The position numbers were made by a program, and so were the translations under genes. DNA of 54,673 nt from Sphaerobacteraceae bacterium (GTDB taxonomy: Bacteria; Chloroflexota; Chloroflexia; Thermomicrobiales; UBA6265), in NCBI GenBank assembly GCA_016781925.1, contig JADDPH010000093.1, forward strand, positions 1-54,673. Direction: 5' to 3'. The notes beneath the pieces are model-generated. The model did no database searches, was not told the DNA's origin, and saw only the letters and a program-made list of their open reading frames with translations. Positions 48,467-54,673 of this stretch are shown one piece after another; positions within the stretch are counted from its first letter, which is position 1; every line of letters begins with the position of its first letter.

Positions 48467-49765
48467 GTGGCTAACCGGCTCCCACTCACATTCGGCCCCG
48501 GGACCGTCCTGCGCCTCCTGACCTCCCTCGTCCTCGCTCTCCTGCTCTGGGGATGGGTCACCAACGTTCAGGATCCGGAGGAAACCGAGGTGTACGCCGG
48601 CATCCCCATTGCGGAGGGGACGCTCCCGTCTGGCTACGAGATCGTCACCGCCCTGCCCATGGCCACCGTTCGACTCACTGGTCCCAGCTCAGTCTTGGCC
48701 CGCATCGATCAATCCAACGTGAAGCTTCAGCTCAGCACCGACGACATTCAGGGCCCCGGGGAGTACCAGCTCCGGGTGGACCTCGTTGAGCCTGACAATG
48801 TACGGGAACATGAAGTGACGCCCTCGGAGGTCGCGGTCAACGTCGAAGAGACCATGACCCGCTTGTTTCCGCTGGATTACCGCCTGCCGGAACTCCCACC
48901 GGAAGACACACGGCAGGTTGGCGATCTTCGCCCCGATGTCTCTGAGGTCACCGTCAGCGGAGCTCGGTCGCTGGTGGATCGTGTGGCGACTGTCACGCTG
49001 CCGATTGACATCGGCGAGAGGAGTGGTGATTTTCGCGCCGCCTTCGAGCCTCGAGCGATCGACAGCGAAGGGAACGAGATCCGGGAAGTGACCATTGAGC
49101 CGAGATCAGTGCCGGTCTTGGTCCCCATCTCGGCGCGCGGCAAGAGCGTTGCGGTCATCACCCAGGTTGTCGGCGAGCCCGCCGAGGGCTACGAGGTGGT
49201 GGACCGCACGGTCAACCCGGCCACGATCCTCGTCGACGGACCCCGTGACGTGCTAGAGAACACCATCTCCGTCTCGACGGGTCCGGTGGATATCTCTGGG
49301 GCCACAACCAACGTGGCACGGCGGGTGCAGATCGAATCGCCCCCCGCGGGCCTGCGTATCCTCGAGCCATCCGGGGGGAACGTAGACGTGGTGGTGCAAA
49401 TTCGCCGACGGGGTATCCAGCAGTCGTTGCCGAGCCAACCAGTAGACGTGGTCGGGGTGGCGTCTGGGCTCCAGGTCACTGTCTCCCCAGCGGAACTGGC
49501 CCTCGTCGTTGTGGCGTCCGAGGAAGAGATTGCCGCGCTTAGTAGAGAAGACCTCAAGCTCCAGGTCGATGTCTCAAATCTCGGCCCGGGGACCTACGAG
49601 CGCACACCCAACGTCTCGCTGCCCCCGAACGTGGAGTGGATTACGACCGAGCCATCACGAGTCACCGTCACCCTGTCAGCCACAGTCCCGGGTGCTTCAC
49701 CCGGCGTGCAAGCACCCATCGCGTCCGCGACACCGCCCGCATCGCCAGCGGCGTCGGATCCGTAG
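48467..49765 (+). CDS. cdaR: CdaR/YbbR-repeat regulator
   Basis: SLVLALLLW TM segment plus repeated V.L.G beta domains; directly after cdaA. Confidence 0.88.
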   Translation: MANRLPLTFGPGTVLRLLTSLVLALLLWGWVTNVQDPEETEVYAGIPIAEGTLPSGYEIVTALPMATVRLTGPSSVLARIDQSNVKLQLSTDDIQGPGEYQLRVDLVEPDNVREHEVTPSEVAVNVEETMTRLFPLDYRLPELPPEDTRQVGDLRPDVSEVTVSGARSLVDRVATVTLPIDIGERSGDFRAAFEPRAIDSEGNEIREVTIEPRSVPVLVPISARGKSVAVITQVVGEPAEGYEVVDRTVNPATILVDGPRDVLENTISVSTGPVDISGATTNVARRVQIESPPAGLRILEPSGGNVDVVVQIRRRGIQQSLPSQPVDVVGVASGLQVTVSPAELALVVVASEEEIAALSREDLKLQVDVSNLGPGTYERTPNVSLPPNVEWITTEPSRVTVTLSATVPGASPGVQAPIASATPPASPAASDP

Positions 49766-49783
49766 CAGAGGCCGGACGGCGGT

Positions 49784-50428
49784 TTACTCTGCAGGACTAC
49801 GGGAGCCCGCCGAGTTCTCGCTCCCGAAGTCCATCTCATGGGTCAGGAGAATCGCCTCTGCCACTTCCTTCATGGACTTCCGGGCGTCCATACTGGTGCG
49901 ACGGATGCGGTGAAATGCTTCCGCCTCGCGCAGCCCGTGGACTTCCATCAGCACGCCCTTCGCACGCTCGATGAGCTTCCGGGTCTCTAGAGCTTCCTTG
50001 AGCCCGCCGACCTCTCGCTCCAGGGAACGAAACTCCTCGAAGCGAGCCATCGAGAGTTCGATCACCGGCATCAGCTCAGTCTCGCGGAAGGGCTTGACCA
50101 CGTAGCCCACCACCCCCGCCTCTTTGGCCCGGTCAACAAGGCCCTGGTCGGAGTAGGCAGTGAGCAGGACAACCGGCGCGATCTTCTCACGCGTCAGTTC
50201 CTCTGCCGCGGAGATGCCGTCAACGTCCGGCATCTTGATGTCCATGATCACCAAATCGGGCTGGAGTTTCCGGGCGAGGTCGAGCGCGCTGCGCCCATCT
50301 CCCGCTTCGCCGATAACGTCATAACCGAGGTGGCTGAGCATCTCCCGGAGGTCAAGGCGAATCAACGACTCATCGTCGGCGATGATGATCCGCCATGGAC
50401 CAGCGCTCACGGGGGCGGAGTTCCTCAT
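49784..50428 (-). CDS. ANTAR-domain response regulator (PdtaR-like)
   Basis: Receiver motifs ADDE, MDIKMP and KP; ANTAR motif RKLIERAKGVLM. Confidence 0.93.
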   Translation of the reverse strand: MRNSAPVSAGPWRIIIADDESLIRLDLREMLSHLGYDVIGEAGDGRSALDLARKLQPDLVIMDIKMPDVDGISAAEELTREKIAPVVLLTAYSDQGLVDRAKEAGVVGYVVKPFRETELMPVIELSMARFEEFRSLEREVGGLKEALETRKLIERAKGVLMEVHGLREAEAFHRIRRTSMDARKSMKEVAEAILLTHEMDFGSENSAGSRSPAE

Positions 50429-50537
50429 GGGCGTCCACACGCGAAGCCGAACCGCAAGCGGATGGGTTCGGCGAGCCACCGACCGGGGGTCGTCCGAATT
50501 GGCACGATCAAGGTCGAAGGGACGACAGGAGGAAAAC

Positions 50538-50613
<76 letters not shown>

Positions 50614-50622
50614 CAGAACCCG

Positions 50623-50651
50623 ATTATACGTTAGCCGCGAACCGTCAGCAA
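50623..50651 (-). promoter_or_regulatory. sigma70 promoter for tRNA-Pro
   Basis: TTGCTG-17 nt-TATAAT. Confidence 0.7.
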
Positions 50652-50787
50652 TCGGCGCGACGGCCCTAACGACCGGTCCGGCGGGTATCAGCCACCAGCT
50701 CACCGGTCCCGAAGGTAGGCCGGCGCAGTCGACCGTACCTTTCGAGAGCGCGTGTTGAGCCGATGGCTGACATCCGCACGTTCCTAC

Positions 50788-51174
50788 CTACTTGACCTCA
50801 GCCTTGGCGCCTGCATCTTCGAGCTTCGCCTTGGCGGCCTGGGCCTCCTCCTTGGAGATTCCCTCACGCACCGGCTTCGGCGCCCCGTCAACGAGGTCCT
50901 TGGCCTCCTTGAGGCCGAGGCTGGTCAGTTCGCGGACCGCCTTGATGACTTGGATCTTGTTGGCGCCGACATCCGTGAGGACGACGTCAAACTCCGTCTT
51001 CTCCTCTTCCTCGACCGCCGTGGCCGCACCACCACCCGCAGCCCCGGGCATCATGCCCATGGCCATCGGCGCCGCCGCCGAAACGCCCCAGCGCTCCTCG
51101 AGATCCTTGACGAGCCCGTTCAGCTCCAGGACCGTCATCTGCTCAAGCTGGGCGATTAGCTGCTCTCGATCCAC
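50788..51174 (-). CDS. rplL: 50S ribosomal protein L7/L12
   Basis: [20 protein letters not shown] and GLKEAKDLV motifs. Confidence 0.97.
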   Translation of the reverse strand: MDREQLIAQLEQMTVLELNGLVKDLEERWGVSAAAPMAMGMMPGAAGGGAATAVEEEEKTEFDVVLTDVGANKIQVIKAVRELTSLGLKEAKDLVDGAPKPVREGISKEEAQAAKAKLEDAGAKAEVK

Positions 51175-51277
51175 GGTATCCTCCCTCATCTCTCAGCGCC
51201 CGCCACCGCGGGCACCGTGCCTTGTTCAATGGCTTGCTGTACCACGCGCTCCATTCCGGTGGAGCGCCCAGCGACCG

Positions 51278-51826
51278 CTACTCAGCGGCCGCTTCCTCTG
51301 GGGAGTCTCCCCCGCCAAGCTGATCTGCGCGAGCCTGGAGCAGGTAGGCAACAGACCGGTTTGGTCCTCCAAGCACGCCGAGCGTGCGCGAGATCGGCGA
51401 GACGAGCATCCCGACCAAGCGGCCGAGTAGTTCTTCCCGCGGCGGCAACGACGCGATCGCTTCCACGTCCGGCGCTGCCAGCAACCGGTTGTTCATCACG
51501 CCGCCGCGGACCGTCAGAATCCGCGACGTGCGTGCAAAGTCGCTTACCGCCTTCGACACGCCGACCACATCCCCGTACGCCATCACGAGCGCCGTAGGAC
51601 CCGCCAGCACGTCGTCCATGCCCTCGATGCCGACCCGATTCGCTGCGATCAAGGTCAGCGTGTTCTTGGAGACACGGCACTCCGCGTCGAGCGGTCGTAG
51701 GACGGTCCGAAGTCCCTGCAGGTCGGTGACCTTCAGTCCCCGGTAGTCCGCCACAATGGTAAGTTGTGAGCGGTCGAGCTGCCCGGCTAACTCATCGATC
51801 ACGGCCGCCTTTTGGGCAGTTGGCAT
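51278..51826 (-). CDS. rplJ: 50S ribosomal protein L10
   Basis: DYRGL, KNTL, GPTA and LPPREELL motifs; GGAGG RBS. Confidence 0.96.
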   Translation of the reverse strand: MPTAQKAAVIDELAGQLDRSQLTIVADYRGLKVTDLQGLRTVLRPLDAECRVSKNTLTLIAANRVGIEGMDDVLAGPTALVMAYGDVVGVSKAVSDFARTSRILTVRGGVMNNRLLAAPDVEAIASLPPREELLGRLVGMLVSPISRTLGVLGGPNRSVAYLLQARADQLGGGDSPEEAAAE

Positions 51827-51889
51827 TCTTTTCACCTCCTCTCTCTGTGAGACATTGAGCGGGCAACGACCATTGAACCGTCTCTGGCT

Positions 51890-52015
51890 GGGAACGCAAA
51901 ACGCCCCGGGCCGGTGTCGACCCAGGGCGTTACACAAGGCAGGAGTTGCCTGGTGTTGCTCCTCGGGCCTCGGTCGGGAATTAAGCGGCGAGCCGCACCG
52001 ACGGTCTTCGGCCTA
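51890..52015 (-). promoter_or_regulatory. L10 leader (rplJL autoregulatory RNA) with attenuator hairpin
   Basis: CCGAAGACCGUCGGUGC...UUAAUUCCCGACCGAGG, then CCCUGGG..CCCGGGG-CGUUUUG. Confidence 0.8.
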
Positions 52016-52061
52016 TTGCGCGTTGTATTGTCACCCGCCGGGGGTTTCCCGTCGGGCGAAC

Positions 52062-52784
52062 CTACGCCGCCGAAGCGGCGTTCGCCAGCGTCGAGGGTAC
52101 GTCCAATGGGACGCCAGGACCCATCGTGCTGGTCAACGTGAGTGTACGGCAGTAGACACCCTTCGCGCCAGCAGGCTTCGCCCGCAGCAGCGCATCCACC
52201 ATCGCGTAGAGGTTGTCCCGGACCATCTCATTGGAGAAACTCTTCCGCCCGACCGTGGTGTGGACGATGCCGGTGCGGTCGTTTCGGAACTCGACCCGTC
52301 CGCCCTTCAGCTCGCGGATCACCCCTGGTAGGTCGTCCGGGTTGCGGACCACCGTGCCCGAGCGCGGGTTCGGCATGAGACCACGGCGCCCGAGGATGCG
52401 GCCGAGACCGCCGACCTTGCCCATCTGGTCGGCCATCGCGATCGCCGAGTCGAACTCCAACCAGCCGCCCTGAATCTGCTGCACCAGCTCATCGGTGCCG
52501 GCGTAATCCGCGCCTGCCTCCCGAGCGATCCGCTCGGCATCCCCGGCGGCGAAGACGAGGACGCGCACGACCTTGCCAGTCCCGTACGGAAGCACGACGG
52601 TCGAGCGGACGTTTTGGTCCGCCTGGCGGGGGTCAACACCCAGCCGCGCGTGCAACTCGATCGTCTCGTCGAAGTTGGCGAAGGCTGTCCGCTTCACGAG
52701 GTCGATCGCCTCGTCGGGCAGGTACATGCGCTCCGGATCAACCTGCTTCAATGCGTCGACAAACTTTTTACCGTGCTTCGGCAT
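52062..52784 (-). CDS. rplA: 50S ribosomal protein L1
   Basis: FDETIE, LGVDPR and GLMPNPRSGT motifs. Confidence 0.97.
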   Translation of the reverse strand: MPKHGKKFVDALKQVDPERMYLPDEAIDLVKRTAFANFDETIELHARLGVDPRQADQNVRSTVVLPYGTGKVVRVLVFAAGDAERIAREAGADYAGTDELVQQIQGGWLEFDSAIAMADQMGKVGGLGRILGRRGLMPNPRSGTVVRNPDDLPGVIRELKGGRVEFRNDRTGIVHTTVGRKSFSNEMVRDNLYAMVDALLRAKPAGAKGVYCRTLTLTSTMGPGVPLDVPSTLANAASAA

Positions 52785-52797
52785 GTTCTCTCCTCCA

Positions 52798-52831
52798 GTG
52801 GTCCTAGCGGAGCCGTTCGGGCTCCTCCCAC
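52798..52831 (-). promoter_or_regulatory. L1-binding mRNA site upstream of rplA
   Basis: GUGGGAG-GAGCC..GGCUC-CGCUAGGACCAC resembles the Gram-positive-type rplK-rplA intergenic L1 operator. Confidence 0.7.
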
Positions 52832-52848
52832 CGCTCCAGCACCAGCGC

Positions 52849-53274
52849 CTAGCTGGCGATCTCGATGCCCATGCTCTTCGCCGTGCCCTCAACCTGCTTG
52901 ATCGCTCCAGCCAGGTCCACCGCGTTGAGATCCTTCAACTTCAGTTCCGCGATCTCACGGACCTGATCAGCGCTGACCCGACCAGCCTTGGTGGCCTTCG
53001 GGTTCCCCGAGCCCTTGTCCACACCTGCAGCCCGCCGCAGCAAGTCTGCCGCGGGTGGCGTCTTGGTGACGAAGGAGAAAGACCGATCCTCATAGACGGT
53101 GATCACCACGGGGACGATCTGACCCGCCATCGCCTGCGTCCGCTCGTTGTACTCCTTGCAGAAGTTCATGATCGCGACGCCATGCTGACCGAGGGCCGGA
53201 CCGATCGGAGGCGCCGGGGTCGCCTTTCCGGCCGCAATCTGCAGCTTCACATACGCGCGTACCCGCTTCGCCAT
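52849..53274 (-). CDS. rplK: 50S ribosomal protein L11
   Basis: [16 protein letters not shown] and FCKEYN motifs. Confidence 0.97.
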   Translation of the reverse strand: MAKRVRAYVKLQIAAGKATPAPPIGPALGQHGVAIMNFCKEYNERTQAMAGQIVPVVITVYEDRSFSFVTKTPPAADLLRRAAGVDKGSGNPKATKAGRVSADQVREIAELKLKDLNAVDLAGAIKQVEGTAKSMGIEIAS

Positions 53275-53394
53275 GAATCACCCTTTCCCACTCACTGCCA
53301 ACCCACCGTCAGCAGTCTGCTCTCAACAGTTCTCGTCCCACCAATGCGAGCCGAGCCTACCAGAGGCCGACGGCCCGGCTCGGACGACGCGCCG

Positions 53395-53994
53395 CTACGT
53401 TTCCCGCTCCGCCTGAAGGAAGTCCAGCTCCACCGGTGTTTCGCGCCCGAAGAAGGAGACCAAGACCTTGATCTTTCCCTTCTCCTGATTGATCTCGTCG
53501 ATCTCGCCGCGAAAGTCCGCAAACGGCCCGTCGATGATCCGCACCGTGTCGCCCATCGCGAACGACACCTTAACCTTGGGCGCCTCGGCAGCCATCCCCT
53601 TCAAGATGGACTGCACCTGCGCCTCATCCAGGGGAACAGGTTTGTTGTTGACGTTGACGAACCCGGTCACACCCGGCGTATTCCGAAGGGCATACCAGGT
53701 GTCGTCGTCCAGGGACATGCGAACCAGCACATAGCCCGGAAACGTCTTCCGCTGAATTGTGTGTCGCTGGCCGCTGCGAATCTCGATTTCTTCCTGCGTC
53801 GGGACGACCACCTCAAAGACACGGTCCGTGAGATCAAGCGCCTCAACCCGGCTCTCGATCGACTTCTTCACCTTGTTCTCATAACCGGAATAGGTGTGGA
53901 GGACGTACCAGCGCCCTTCGGGCGTCTCGGTCACCTCTCCCATTTCAGCGGCCCGCTTCGCGGCGAGCCGCTCGCGCAACGTCGGGCGTCCCAT
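53395..53994 (-). CDS. nusG: Transcription termination/antitermination factor NusG
   Basis: WYVLHTYSGYENKV, FPGYV, GPFADF and FGRETPVEL motifs. Confidence 0.97.
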   Translation of the reverse strand: MGRPTLRERLAAKRAAEMGEVTETPEGRWYVLHTYSGYENKVKKSIESRVEALDLTDRVFEVVVPTQEEIEIRSGQRHTIQRKTFPGYVLVRMSLDDDTWYALRNTPGVTGFVNVNNKPVPLDEAQVQSILKGMAAEAPKVKVSFAMGDTVRIIDGPFADFRGEIDEINQEKGKIKVLVSFFGRETPVELDFLQAERET

Positions 53995-54051
53995 ATCGGT
54001 GTACCTCCCTGACCCGCGCCACGATGGGGCGCTGGCGCCGCCGTCAAGCCG

Positions 54052-54417
54052 TTAGGTCAGTGCCTGGAATATCTGGAACAGGATGAAATCGATTCCGCCG
54101 AGGAGCAAACCCAACGCGACGGAGATCGCGATGACCACAATCGTCAGGTTCCTGGTCGTCTCTCGGTCGGGCCAAGAGATCTTGCGCATCTCTGCCCGGG
54201 TATCGCTGTAGAGTTTGCGGATGCCTTGAGTCCGGTCCGCAAGGACGCTGCGGCGCTCAGGTGCGCCTGCCCGACCTCGCTCAGAGGCTGGACGCTGGGC
54301 TCGGGGAGCCGTTGCAGCTTCAGCTGGTCGCACCGGCCTCGGGGGCGCTGCAGCCCCTGGGCTTTCCGCCGCCGCGTTGCGCTTCGTTGTGCCCGCCGTT
54401 CGCCGCTGAGCGCTCAT
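54052..54417 (-). CDS. secE: Preprotein translocase SecE
   Basis: EMRKISWP plus a single TM helix; upstream of nusG. Confidence 0.92.
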   Translation of the reverse strand: MSAQRRTAGTTKRNAAAESPGAAAPPRPVRPAEAATAPRAQRPASERGRAGAPERRSVLADRTQGIRKLYSDTRAEMRKISWPDRETTRNLTIVVIAISVALGLLLGGIDFILFQIFQALT

Positions 54418-54598
54418 CCGATCGGTCCTTCCCGTGATGGCTCGGGCGGTGACCCCACCATGGTATTTGCCGCCCCCCGGAGCCACCTGCTACGACTGCG
54501 CGCCGGCCCCGATCGCCCATTTTCGCATCGTCTGACACACAGAAGTGGGGCGTGCCAGCTTGGCGCCGCCCCACAGCCGCTCCGAGTGGCCTTCTACT

Positions 54599-54673
<75 letters not shown>

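Overview
GC-rich bacterial chromosome segment, most likely Chloroflexota (Thermomicrobiales-like; inferred from gene content and protein styles). It is mostly housekeeping: secE-nusG-rplKAJL with L1 and L10 leaders, rplI-dnaB-dnaD-dnaC-like-cdaA-cdaR, polA, cysE-cysS-rlmB, a MoxR-DUF58-transglutaminase operon, mutM, pknB, selD-lipid kinase-rsmA-ispE, an MMPL/AttH/M48 cluster and four tRNAs (Ser-CGA, Ser-GGA, Pro-GGG, Trp-CCA). I saw no CRISPR array, integrase or transposase. The notable items are: (1) a ~260-nt highly branched minus-strand RNA with a perfect four-way junction, directly downstream of a PHP-Schlafen(AlbA_2) fusion gene; (2) a sigma70 promoter with a LexA-type box in its spacer, facing a small structured RNA rather than a recognisable gene; (3) selD with an in-frame UGA at the catalytic position and a SECIS-like hairpin, heading a chain of overlapping genes that ends in rsmA and ispE; (4) a further structured intergenic RNA candidate at ~19.1-19.4 kb. 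All RNA structures were read by eye and need computational confirmation.
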